Shown: positions 8,921 to 18,075, counted from the stretch's first letter. The stretch: 32,000 nt of DNA from an archaeon (GCA_035390665.1 DAOOUC010000003.1:60001-92000); one strand, 5' to 3'. Numbers and translations: made by a program. Notes: generated by a model not told the origin, from the sequence alone.

Positions 8921-9949
8921 ATGTTTGCTATAAAAATTGAAAAAAGTAAGGCACAAGAGATTATTGCTAAGCTTAAAGAAGAAAAAAATATAGATAACAA
9001 TTATAAGATTAAAAGAGATGAATCTTCTGTAATTCTGCCTGTATTAAAGATTACTCCAGACATTAAAATATTTGAGACACAAGAAGAAAAACTTGAAATC
9101 CAAAAACAAGTAAAAAAAGGATATAAAGATATATTACTTGAGAAAGGATTAGATAAAGACATAGTTTCTAAAATAAATAGTGCTTATGATATTGTTGGAG
9201 ATATAATTGTTATTGGTATAGATAAAGAATATACTTCTTATTATCCTGAAATTGGAGAAGCACTCTTAGAATTGCATCCTAATATTAAAACCGTTCTTAA
9301 TAAAATTGGAGAACATAAAGGCATATATAGAACACAAGATATGGAACTTGTGTTTGGAAAAGATACAAGAGAAACTATAATTAAAGAAAATGGTTGTAGA
9401 ATTAAGATTGATGTGGAAAAAGTATTTTGTTCCACAAGGCTTTCAGAAGAAAGAAGAAGAATTGTGGATTTAGTTGAACCCGAAGAAACAATTGGTGTTT
9501 TCTTTGCAGGTGCTGGTCCTTTTGCCCTTGCTATTGCTAAAAATAAAGAAGTTAAAGAAATAATTGCTATTGAACTTAATGATTTAGCAGTTAAATATTT
9601 AATTGAAAATATTAAATTAAATCATACAGAAGAAAAGATAAAACCAATCTTAGGCAATGTAAAGATTGAGGCTAAAAAATATCCTAATTATTTTGATAGA
9701 GTAATAATGCCACTTCCTAAATCTGCAGAATTATTTTTAGATTCGGCTATTTTTTCTTGTAAATCTGGAGGATATATCCATCTTTATAAATTTGTAAGTA
9801 AAGATGATCCATATACAGAAACAGAAAAAGAAATTGAAGAGATTGCAAAAACAAATAGAGTTAATCTAGAAATAGTAGGAAAAAGAATAATTAGAAGTTA
9901 TTCTCCTTCTATTGTTCAAATTGTTGTTGATTTAAGAGTTAGAAAATAA
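8921..9949 (+). CDS. trm5: tRNA (guanine37-N1)-methyltransferase Trm5 / Taw2 family (Met-10+ like)
   Basis: 342-aa ORF with YDIVGDIIVI, NGCRIKIDVEKVFCSTRLSEERRRI, the SAM motif VFFAGAGPFALAIA, and DRVIMPLP. Confidence 0.85.
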   Translation: MFAIKIEKSKAQEIIAKLKEEKNIDNNYKIKRDESSVILPVLKITPDIKIFETQEEKLEIQKQVKKGYKDILLEKGLDKDIVSKINSAYDIVGDIIVIGIDKEYTSYYPEIGEALLELHPNIKTVLNKIGEHKGIYRTQDMELVFGKDTRETIIKENGCRIKIDVEKVFCSTRLSEERRRIVDLVEPEETIGVFFAGAGPFALAIAKNKEVKEIIAIELNDLAVKYLIENIKLNHTEEKIKPILGNVKIEAKKYPNYFDRVIMPLPKSAELFLDSAIFSCKSGGYIHLYKFVSKDDPYTETEKEIEEIAKTNRVNLEIVGKRIIRSYSPSIVQIVVDLRVRK

Positions 9950-9953
9950 AAAA

Positions 9954-11603
9954 TCATTCAGGCAAAGGATCTTGAGTATTATTTCTTAGATAAGGATATG
10001 TTATTCCTTCTTCTATTCCCCAGATATCTGTAAAATTCCAATCAGTAAACGTATCTTGTGTTTTCATTTCTGTGGTTGTTTTTGGAACTCCTCTCCCATC
10101 ATTATCTGATTGCCCAGAAGTATTTGTATCATATATAATATAATATATTCGAGAAATATCTCCGCCGCCCAATAAGCCCCCATAATTTTCATTACCGATA
10201 ACTGATCCTGCAGAATAAGAACTAAAAATAATTCCTTCAGGTAATCGTATAGGAGGAGGTGTTAACTCCCCATTATACCCCACAAGTCCACCTACATAAT
10301 TATTACCACTAACATTACAAAAGGAATAAGAATCAGTTATTCCCCCCCTATTATATCCAACTAACCCACCAATATCATTTCCTTCAGAACTAACAATTTC
10401 ACCAATAGAATAACTATTGATAATATCCCCCCTCTTATATCCAACTATCCCACCAACATCGCTCTCTGAACTAATTATTTTAATATTAGAATAACTATTT
10501 TCTATATTTCCATAACCTAATCCAACTAATCCACCACAATCACTTCCACAATAAATATTCCCATTAAAACTACTGGAATTTATATCTCCACCATCTGAAT
10601 TAAATCCCGCTCTATTATTTATTCCTATTAATCCTCCAATAGCAGAATTACCTGATATAGTTCCAGAAGAATGTACATTAGAAAGTATTGAAAACCACAT
10701 AAAGTTTCCAACAATACTACCTACATTATTTGACCCTATAATATTTACATCAGTCAAAATTAAATTTTTTATTTCAATCATTTTACTTTCTGTATATTTA
10801 ATATATCCAAATAAACCAATATTATCGTTCTCTGGTAAATTAATATATAAATTACTTATTGTGTAATTATTTCCATTAAAACTTCCTTCAAAACCACTAT
10901 CATCAGAACCTATTGGTTCAAAGCCCTCTCCTTCATTGTATGGACTAACACCAAGATCTAGGTTTTTTCCAAGTTTATAGTGCTTGCCAAGCCCATTTCT
11001 AACATTATTAAGATCATCAACACTACAGATTACAAATGGATCTTCTTCAATTTTTCCACTTCCATTATCTGTTATTCCTAAACAAACAGGATCTGGTATT
11101 TCTGTATTATTAAAACAAGAATTGGATTGATAATTACTATTGTTAATTGGAACAGTAATATATTTCCCATCACTAGTTATTAAATTTACTTTAAAAGATT
11201 CATCTGGATTACAAATAATTGGAACAGAAACCATTGATCCAGAATTTAAATTGACGGGGTCATCTAAAGTTATTGGCTTATTTAATATTTCGCTATCTTG
11301 TGGTGCAACAATTTCATATTTTGTAATTATTACATCTTTATCGGATAGATTTTTTACAATATAGCTTTCTGGTTGAGGATTACTAGTATATATATACCCT
11401 GTTAATGTTGGATCTTCTTTATAAATTTCTTGAGATTTATCTAATGAATTACTAGTGGTTATTAATCCCCAAGAAAGAATAGAACCTACAATTATAACTG
11501 CAATTACAAGTAAAAGAATTACAGAAATGATTGGAGAAAACGATTTCTTATTTAAATCTCTCAAATCTTTTATTCGTTTAGATTTAAATTTATGTTTTCT
11601 CAA
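9954..11603 (-). CDS. archaeal type IV pilin-like (class III signal peptide) surface protein with GLUG-motif repeats
   Basis: 549-aa ORF. After a charged leader, the N-terminus reads NKKS/FSPIISVILLLVIAVIIVGSILSW, typical of the archaeal pilin/archaellin N-terminal domain. The C-terminal half has about 6-7 repeats of the GGLVGYN type (IGGLIG, CGGLVG, VGGIVG, IGGLVG, VGGLVG, YGGLLG) and a terminal WNFTDIWGIEEGITYPYL. Confidence 0.8.
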   Translation of the reverse strand: MRKHKFKSKRIKDLRDLNKKSFSPIISVILLLVIAVIIVGSILSWGLITTSNSLDKSQEIYKEDPTLTGYIYTSNPQPESYIVKNLSDKDVIITKYEIVAPQDSEILNKPITLDDPVNLNSGSMVSVPIICNPDESFKVNLITSDGKYITVPINNSNYQSNSCFNNTEIPDPVCLGITDNGSGKIEEDPFVICSVDDLNNVRNGLGKHYKLGKNLDLGVSPYNEGEGFEPIGSDDSGFEGSFNGNNYTISNLYINLPENDNIGLFGYIKYTESKMIEIKNLILTDVNIIGSNNVGSIVGNFMWFSILSNVHSSGTISGNSAIGGLIGINNRAGFNSDGGDINSSSFNGNIYCGSDCGGLVGLGYGNIENSYSNIKIISSESDVGGIVGYKRGDIINSYSIGEIVSSEGNDIGGLVGYNRGGITDSYSFCNVSGNNYVGGLVGYNGELTPPPIRLPEGIIFSSYSAGSVIGNENYGGLLGGGDISRIYYIIYDTNTSGQSDNDGRGVPKTTTEMKTQDTFTDWNFTDIWGIEEGITYPYLRNNTQDPLPE

Positions 11604-11609
11604 ATAATT

Positions 11610-13829
11610 TCACTTCCCTACTTTTTTTTTAAGATCTTTCTTTGGCTTTTCTATTTTTGGTTTTATTTCATTATTCTTTTTTTGTTCTGAAATTACGATG
11701 TTTTCTTTTGTGTGTCTTCTATACTCTTTTTCTTCTATTTCTCTTAATTCTTTTAAATAACTTTTTTTCATGTCTTCATATGTAAATTTACTAATTTGCC
11801 CGTTTGTTAATTTATGTTCTAGTTCTAATATATTTCTTTGTATTTTAGATTTCTTGTTGTTGTGTTTTTCTAATTCTATAACAATTGAAATTATCATTAA
11901 GAATAATCCCCCAATAATTACATACATTATCGTATTGTTCTTAGAAGAATCTTCCTTTTTATAAACAATTACATTTTGTTTATCTTCTACTTTTGAGATA
12001 ATTTCATCAGAATCATTTATATCTATGATTATTTGATTATTGCCTTCTGGAACAACTACATCAATTATTCCTGCATCATTATAATACGAATGTACAATTG
12101 ATTCAATAATATACAATTCTTTAGAAATATTAACAATAGAATTTGCTGTTTTTATGTTTGTCTCTGCTTTTGTTGTATTTTTTGATTTATAGAATTGATA
12201 TTGCTTATAGTGATACAAGGAATGATCAAAAAACATTTTTGACCAAACGTTTGTATTTAATTTGATTTCTTGTGGTGATCTTAATTCAGATAATTTGTTG
12301 TATTTATCTAAGAATACATTCTCATCGAACGACTCTTTAGAATTTTCTTTTCTAGAGATTAATACTGCTTTTGCAGATGCTGAATCATATAAAGAAGTAA
12401 CATACCATCCCATTTCAAAATCTTTTTTTGCAGCAGTAATTCTTCTTTGAATATCTTCGTCTGATAATGCCTCTTCATCAGATAATACTAATTCATTTTC
12501 TACATCAACAATATACTTTTGGGCTAAATCCTTAAATTGTTCACTTTCTACAAAATTTGGACCATTATTTGTTATTCCAATATCTAAGAAATCATTAGCA
12601 ATTTCAATCCATGCTAATGCATAACTATAATTCATTATCTTATCTATTCCTGTACTGGAGGTATATTTATTTGATTTTATATCTGCAATTTTATTTTTTG
12701 CCCAAACAATTCTTTGTTTAGCTCCAATACACCATTCTAATTTATCTAAAGAACAAAGCTTAGATCTATTCTCAGTTAATGCAATTTTTTTCTCTATTTC
12801 TTCTATTCTTAAATTATAAATTGTAGAATCTGTAGATATAATGGATGGATTTTTTACAATTTCATCTATTGTTATTAAATAGATTTTTGCTAAAAATGCA
12901 TCATTTGCAGAAGTGTATAGGTAATTATTTTTAGAATTTTCTTCTGCAGACACAATTGCTTCTTTAGAATAATCAACTAATGATAAAAGTCCTTGAACAA
13001 TAGAACTATCTTTAATTGTACTTGAGTTAATATTATTTTCTGTTCTTAATAAAATACTTTTTGCATCTATTACATATTTATCAACTACTGCTCTCATAGG
13101 CACTAATGCCTCAGAATATTGTATTTTTTCTGGATAATATTCTGCTTCTTTTTTTTCTACTATGCTATTAATATCTATTTCATCTATATTCATTTTTGAA
13201 TATTCTAAAATATCGTCAATTGTCTCAACTTCAACTACTTTAAGTCCCCAATTAGAATAAGCATAATCAACAATGTCAACGACTTGTGATTGTCCAGATT
13301 CAGTTGTAATTGCTTGTTTTCTTGTGCCTATTGGAATCATAAATAATTTAATTCCAACATCTGCTGCTTTTTTTGCTTTTGCTGAAATTCCCCCAACATC
13401 TCCAACATACCCGTCAGAAGTAATTGTTCCGGTAATACTAACTTTGCCTGATAAATCAGTATCATTTAACATAGAAACAATAAGTAAAGCCATTGCAGCT
13501 CCTGCAGAAGGCCCATCAATACTACTTGCATTTGATTGAATTTCAAAAAAATAATCATATTTACCTTTAGCTTGTGATGTTATTTTTTCTGCAGCATTAA
13601 CTGCATTTCTTTCTGATTCTTGTGTTAAAGAACCAACTTGAGAATTAACATTAGAAAAAATCTTTCCTGTTCCTGGTTTTATTTCAATAATAAGATTAGC
13701 ATCCATTCCAATATTAGAAGAAGTTACAGCAAAAATTTTCATTTCTTCTTTAGGGATATATGCAAATATATTTGCAGATATAAGAAGTATAAACATTAAT
13801 ATTAATAATCTTTTATTCATTTTTTTCAC
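11610..13829 (-). CDS. secreted, membrane-anchored S16 (Lon C-terminal proteolytic domain) serine protease
   Basis: 739-aa ORF with an N-terminal signal-like segment. The Lon protease core is SSIDGPSAGAAMAL (Ser108) ... GDVGGISAKAKKAADVGIKLFMIP. A long helical region follows, then a TM helix (IMYVIIGGLFLMIISIVI) and a charged tail with a SHOCT-like LEHKLTNGQISKFTYEDMKKSYLKEL. Confidence 0.8.
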   Translation of the reverse strand: MKKMNKRLLILMFILLISANIFAYIPKEEMKIFAVTSSNIGMDANLIIEIKPGTGKIFSNVNSQVGSLTQESERNAVNAAEKITSQAKGKYDYFFEIQSNASSIDGPSAGAAMALLIVSMLNDTDLSGKVSITGTITSDGYVGDVGGISAKAKKAADVGIKLFMIPIGTRKQAITTESGQSQVVDIVDYAYSNWGLKVVEVETIDDILEYSKMNIDEIDINSIVEKKEAEYYPEKIQYSEALVPMRAVVDKYVIDAKSILLRTENNINSSTIKDSSIVQGLLSLVDYSKEAIVSAEENSKNNYLYTSANDAFLAKIYLITIDEIVKNPSIISTDSTIYNLRIEEIEKKIALTENRSKLCSLDKLEWCIGAKQRIVWAKNKIADIKSNKYTSSTGIDKIMNYSYALAWIEIANDFLDIGITNNGPNFVESEQFKDLAQKYIVDVENELVLSDEEALSDEDIQRRITAAKKDFEMGWYVTSLYDSASAKAVLISRKENSKESFDENVFLDKYNKLSELRSPQEIKLNTNVWSKMFFDHSLYHYKQYQFYKSKNTTKAETNIKTANSIVNISKELYIIESIVHSYYNDAGIIDVVVPEGNNQIIIDINDSDEIISKVEDKQNVIVYKKEDSSKNNTIMYVIIGGLFLMIISIVIELEKHNNKKSKIQRNILELEHKLTNGQISKFTYEDMKKSYLKELREIEEKEYRRHTKENIVISEQKKNNEIKPKIEKPKKDLKKKVGK

Positions 13830-14322
13830 TCACTATTTTTTTTTGTTCAAAACTTGGTTTTGCTTTCTTATTATATAACACTTCAAATTTCTTTGTGGTT
13901 TCTAAAATATTTCTTCTTCCTTTTTTTGTAACCTGTATTAAACCTAATTCTTTTAAAGTTGGAAGATGATCATTTGGTCTTCTTTTTGTAATCTTATATT
14001 GCTCAACAGGACTGTTTAGAGCAATTAATGCTAAAGTCTTTAGTTCTGATTTTGTCAATTGTTTACCAACAGCAAACAAACTATATTTTGCATATTCTGG
14101 TTTAAGTAACATCTCTACATTATCATTTTCTTGAACAATTCTTACTGCTGAGTTTCTATTTTCATATTCTATTATTAAATCTGAAAGAATAATCTTTATT
14201 ACTTCCTTATCTGCTTCTGGAAAAGACTTTTCTATTTTTTTTATAGGAACTGATCTTGGGCTCATAAATAATATTGCTTCAATTGAATTTTTTATCTCTG
14301 ACATGTCTTTTTGTTTTTCCAT
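13813..14322 (-). CDS. scpB: segregation and condensation protein B (ScpB)
   Basis: 169-aa ORF. IEAILFMSPRSVPIKKI and ELKTLALIALNSPVEQYKI indicate winged-helix ScpB. It lies directly downstream of scpA, and its 3' end overlaps the next gene start by 17 nt. Confidence 0.8.
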   Translation of the reverse strand: MEKQKDMSEIKNSIEAILFMSPRSVPIKKIEKSFPEADKEVIKIILSDLIIEYENRNSAVRIVQENDNVEMLLKPEYAKYSLFAVGKQLTKSELKTLALIALNSPVEQYKITKRRPNDHLPTLKELGLIQVTKKGRRNILETTKKFEVLYNKKAKPSFEQKKIVSEKNE

Positions 14323-14333
14323 AATTGTTCACA

Positions 14334-15008
14334 TTATAAAACTTTAATAAATATTTCTGAGAAGAATTCTTCTTGCCAAGCATCTACCTTCTTATCTTGA
14401 ACAAGAAACAAAAGAGGGATAAAGTAATTTTCTACAATCAAATAAGAATCTTTTTCTTTTTTTGTAAATTTAGAGAATAAAACCATATTATAATTGTCTG
14501 CGTTTTGTTTTATTTCTTCAAATAAACTTTCGCTTCTTTTTGAAAAATCAACTGTTTTTTTTGGAAGAATAAATTCTAGTTCTTTCTTTTCTTTAATTCT
14601 CTTTTCTAAACTTTTTTTATTAGTTGATGTGTTCATCATAACATCAATAACATCAATTAGTTCATCAAGGCTTACTTGTCCTTCTTTTAATCTCATAGGT
14701 GTATTTAAATCTATAGAATTACTTAAAACATAATTATCGTCACTTACAAGCTTTAGTTCTTCTTCATTATTTTCTGTATTTGATAACTTTAGAGAATAAG
14801 CTTTTAATTTAAGAAGAATTGCTGCAGCTAAAAGAGCATTTGCAGGAATTAAAAGATTGCTTTCTTTTAATGTTCTTATTTTTTCTAAATAAAGATCTGT
14901 AAGATTAATTAGATTAACATTCCAAATATCAATTTCATTTGATTTTACTAAATCATAAAGAATTATCTTCCAATTTGGTTGGTCAATAATATTAACTAGC
15001 TGATCCAT
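14334..15008 (-). CDS. scpA: segregation and condensation protein A (ScpA kleisin)
   Basis: 224-aa ORF. It has the N-terminal DIWNVNLINLTDLYLEKI and LLIPANALLAAAILLKLKAYSL typical of ScpA, followed 11 nt later by scpB. Confidence 0.8.
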   Translation of the reverse strand: MDQLVNIIDQPNWKIILYDLVKSNEIDIWNVNLINLTDLYLEKIRTLKESNLLIPANALLAAAILLKLKAYSLKLSNTENNEEELKLVSDDNYVLSNSIDLNTPMRLKEGQVSLDELIDVIDVMMNTSTNKKSLEKRIKEKKELEFILPKKTVDFSKRSESLFEEIKQNADNYNMVLFSKFTKKEKDSYLIVENYFIPLLFLVQDKKVDAWQEEFFSEIFIKVL

Positions 15009-15114
15009 AATTTATCATAAGTACAAGTATAGTGTATTTTAAATATTAAAGAACAATACATATTTAAATATAATGACTATATTATATTTAATTATTATAA
15101 ATTGGTGAATAAAA

Positions 15115-15825
15115 ATGAAGCGAGTACCTACTGGAGTTACAGGATTTGATGAGTTAATACAAGGAGGAATACCTGAAGGAGCAACTATTCTAACATCTGG
15201 CGGTTGTGGTTCAGGAAAAACTATTTTTGCAACAACTTTTGTTTATGAAGGGGCAAGAAAATTTGCAGAACCAGGTCTTTATGTTACTGTTGAAGACAAT
15301 CTGAAAAACATTGTTTGGAACATGGAAAACTTTGGTTGGGATATTAAATCTTTAGAACAGAAAGGACTTATGAAGATTTATAGAATGCATGTTGATCCTA
15401 GAAAAGATGTTGAAGCACAAATTGATAAAGAATTAGATATTATTTCTTCTATGGTTAAAGACATTGGTGCAACAAGACTTACTGTTGATTCAACAACTGC
15501 TTTTGGTGGTTGGATAACTGATCCAGGGAAATTAAGAAATCTTTTGTTTAGATTTAGTGATTATCTTAAAGATCTTAACTGTACAACAATGATGACTGCT
15601 GAAACTAATGGCGGACCAAGAGACTTTTCTGCTTATGGTGTTGAAGAATTTGTTGTTGATGGTGTTTTTGCAATGTACTTTATACCACCACACAGATCTA
15701 TATTTATTAGAAAACTAAGAGGAACTAAGCACTCTCCAGCAGTACATCCTTGTGAGATTACACAATCAGGACTTGTTGTTAATCCAAGAGATGAAATCAT
15801 GTGGAGTGCAATTAAGCAATACTAG
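15115..15825 (+). CDS. KaiC-like / RecA-superfamily single-domain ATPase
   Basis: 236-aa ORF with VPTGVTGFDELIQGGIPEGATILTSGGCGSGKT (Walker A) and a KaiC/RadA-like core. GGTGA lies 8 nt upstream of the ATG. Confidence 0.85.
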   Translation: MKRVPTGVTGFDELIQGGIPEGATILTSGGCGSGKTIFATTFVYEGARKFAEPGLYVTVEDNLKNIVWNMENFGWDIKSLEQKGLMKIYRMHVDPRKDVEAQIDKELDIISSMVKDIGATRLTVDSTTAFGGWITDPGKLRNLLFRFSDYLKDLNCTTMMTAETNGGPRDFSAYGVEEFVVDGVFAMYFIPPHRSIFIRKLRGTKHSPAVHPCEITQSGLVVNPRDEIMWSAIKQY

Positions 15826-15894
15826 TATTGCTTATTTCTTTTTCTAAAAATTTAAGAGAATTATGCCTGCTATATTCACAAAAAAAATATATCC

Positions 15895-15986
15895 AAAAAT
15901 TGATCCATTTAATAATAAAATTACAAAAAACATTGAAAAATTAAATTACACAAAATTTTAAAAAAAAATTGACCCATTAATAATAA
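15895..15986 (+). repeat. imperfect direct repeat, two copies offset by 69 nt
   Basis: AAAAATTGATCCATTTAATAATAA (15895-15918) versus AAAAATTGACCCATT-AATAATAA (15964-15986). The copies differ by one mismatch and one 1-nt deletion. Confidence 0.8.
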
Positions 15987-16338
15987 GGTAGATGAGGAAT
16001 TAATTAGAAGAGTTAAAGAACATCTAAGAAGCAAACAAGAAAGACAAGAACAAGAAAAAAGACGACAACAAGAAAGAAAAAAGGCAGAAGAACAACGAGA
16101 AAGAATAAGAAGAGAAAGAGAACAGAATAAACCAAAACAAAAAAACTATTATCTGCTTTTGGGTATTGAGCCTACCGCAACACCAGAAGAAATAAGAAGA
16201 GCATATAAAATTCTTGCATTAGAATTTCATCCAGACAAGGGTGGTTCTGCAGATAAAATGGTCCAATTAAATTTAATTAAAGAAATATTGTTAGATCCAT
16301 CCAAAAGAAGAGAATATGACCGGTCTATTGGATTATAA
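15973..16338 (+). pseudogene. J-domain (DnaJ-like) ORF lacking a canonical start codon
   Basis: A 121-codon open frame follows a TGA at 15970-15972. The C-terminal J domain is NYYLLLGIEPTATPEEIRRAYKILALEFHPDKGG...DPSKRREYD, with HPD at 16228-16236. The only in-frame ATG is 22 codons before the stop, so the ORF is absent from the track. Confidence 0.6.
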
Positions 16339-18075
16339 TCATTTTCCTTGCATGAAAAATAATTTTTCTAGTTCTTGTTGAGTTGTCGTGTCTTGTGAGC
16401 TCTTGTCTACTCTAATTGTTACAAGTCTTGGAAACCTTAGAGCTAAACCTTGATTTGTTTCTGGATCGAAACTACAAGTATGTATTGGACTTTTTGTTAT
16501 TTCGTCATAGTTTATTTCTATAACTATTTCTGGATTAACATAAAAGTCTGGTTCAATATTTGAAACAAGATTATTTGGTTTTGTTTCAAGTTTTGTGGCT
16601 TCTAGTTTCTCTGAAAGTTCAATAAGTGTTTGGTCTGTTAAACCTGTTCCGATTTTTGCAAGAGTAAAATATCTGTCTTCTTCTTTATCATAAAGAGCAA
16701 CAAGAAGAGCACCAATGCCTTTATCTGTTCTTTTTCCTTGACCATAGAATGCACCAACAATTACTGCATCTATTGTGTCTAATGTTTCATTTCCTTTGTA
16801 AGATTTTTTAAACTTAATCCAAGAATAACCACGAGATCCTGCTTTATATGGGGCATCAAGAGATTTTGCAATTATCCCTTCAAATCCTTCTTTTAAAGCA
16901 TTATTAAAAAAATCTTCAAGTTCAGTAATATTTTCTGTAATTAAGATTTCTGTTGGAGATACCACTGGTGGATTTGAGAAATACTTTTCTACAATTTTTC
17001 TTCTTTCTATAAATGGAAGAGAATACATTTCTTTTCCATCTAAATATAAACAATCAAAAACCTTTAGATGTAAAGGAAGCTCTTTTGATTTTTCGCTTAT
17101 ATCATATTTTCTTTTTCTTGTTATTGTTATCTGAAAGGTATGGTATTTTTTGTTTTCGGTGTCATATGCAATTGATTCACAATCAATAATAAAGTCGTGT
17201 GGAATTTTTTTAACAGATTCAACAATGTCTGGAAACATCTTTGTTATGTCTTCTTCTTGACGAGAAAATATTTTTACTTCATTTCCAAGTTTATGAATCT
17301 GTTGCCTAAAACCATCAATCTTTGTGTCTACTGCCATTTTCCCAAGTCTTTCTTTAATCTCATTTAAATTTTCTGCTCTCTCGCAAAGTTGAGATTTAAT
17401 TGGAGTAAAGGGAGTAATTTTTAATTCTTCAACCTCTTCAATTCCTTTTTCTTTAATAATATTTGCAATTAAGCCAAGATCAGAAATTAATTGATATTTT
17501 TCTGTAATTGTTTCTTTTGCTTTCTTTGTATCCTCTGATTGTGCTAAAGAAGCTAAAGCATCAATAATTGTAGAATCTCCAAAACCTAATCTAAAAGAAA
17601 TTGGAAACCTTGAAAGGTATTTTGCAGAAACAGAATTGGAATTAAACAGAATGTATTTGAATAATTGTTGCTTTTTTTCTGTTGAACCAGTGCCTGTGGT
17701 CTCAGAAATCTTTTGAAAAGTTTCGAAAACTTCTTTAAAATCTAATTCTTTAGAAAAAAGAGTTGCCTGCTTTCTCTTAGAATGATGTTTCTCAATAACT
17801 AAACCAATATCACCTAAAGAAAAAAACTCTTTTTTTGTTTCTTCTTCAGGAATTGAAAGGTATTCTGAAACTAATGAAATCAATTGACTTTGACCAATGT
17901 TTAATTCTTTAGTTTTGTGCTTTGGACCAAGAGTGCCTTGACAAAAATAGATTAAATTTTGAATTTCTTCTTCTTCAATTTCTAAAAAAAGATCTTTTAA
18001 GATTTCAGTCATTTCTAAGCGACTAGAAGTTTTATCTAGTTTTTCAAAATATTCTGAAATCTTATTAAATTTCAC
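16339..18075 (-). CDS. lig: ATP-dependent DNA ligase (archaeal/eukaryotic Lig1 type)
   Basis: 578-aa ORF. Adenylation motif I AVDTKIDGFRQQIH, EGIIAK, the OB-fold region ...LRFPRLVTIRVDK, and an N-terminal DNA-binding domain. Confidence 0.9.
   Translation of the reverse strand: MKFNKISEYFEKLDKTSSRLEMTEILKDLFLEIEEEEIQNLIYFCQGTLGPKHKTKELNIGQSQLISLVSEYLSIPEEETKKEFFSLGDIGLVIEKHHSKRKQATLFSKELDFKEVFETFQKISETTGTGSTEKKQQLFKYILFNSNSVSAKYLSRFPISFRLGFGDSTIIDALASLAQSEDTKKAKETITEKYQLISDLGLIANIIKEKGIEEVEELKITPFTPIKSQLCERAENLNEIKERLGKMAVDTKIDGFRQQIHKLGNEVKIFSRQEEDITKMFPDIVESVKKIPHDFIIDCESIAYDTENKKYHTFQITITRKRKYDISEKSKELPLHLKVFDCLYLDGKEMYSLPFIERRKIVEKYFSNPPVVSPTEILITENITELEDFFNNALKEGFEGIIAKSLDAPYKAGSRGYSWIKFKKSYKGNETLDTIDAVIVGAFYGQGKRTDKGIGALLVALYDKEEDRYFTLAKIGTGLTDQTLIELSEKLEATKLETKPNNLVSNIEPDFYVNPEIVIEINYDEITKSPIHTCSFDPETNQGLALRFPRLVTIRVDKSSQDTTTQQELEKLFFMQGK

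Noticed and set aside
15961-15972. The idea that TGA at 15970 is recoded (genetic code 4 or 25), which would extend the J-domain ORF upstream.
   Set aside because: TGA is clearly used as a stop elsewhere in the window (the ATPase stop at 5705-5707 and the ligase stop at 16339-16341). The upstream extension hits another TGA at 15934-15936 without finding a start.
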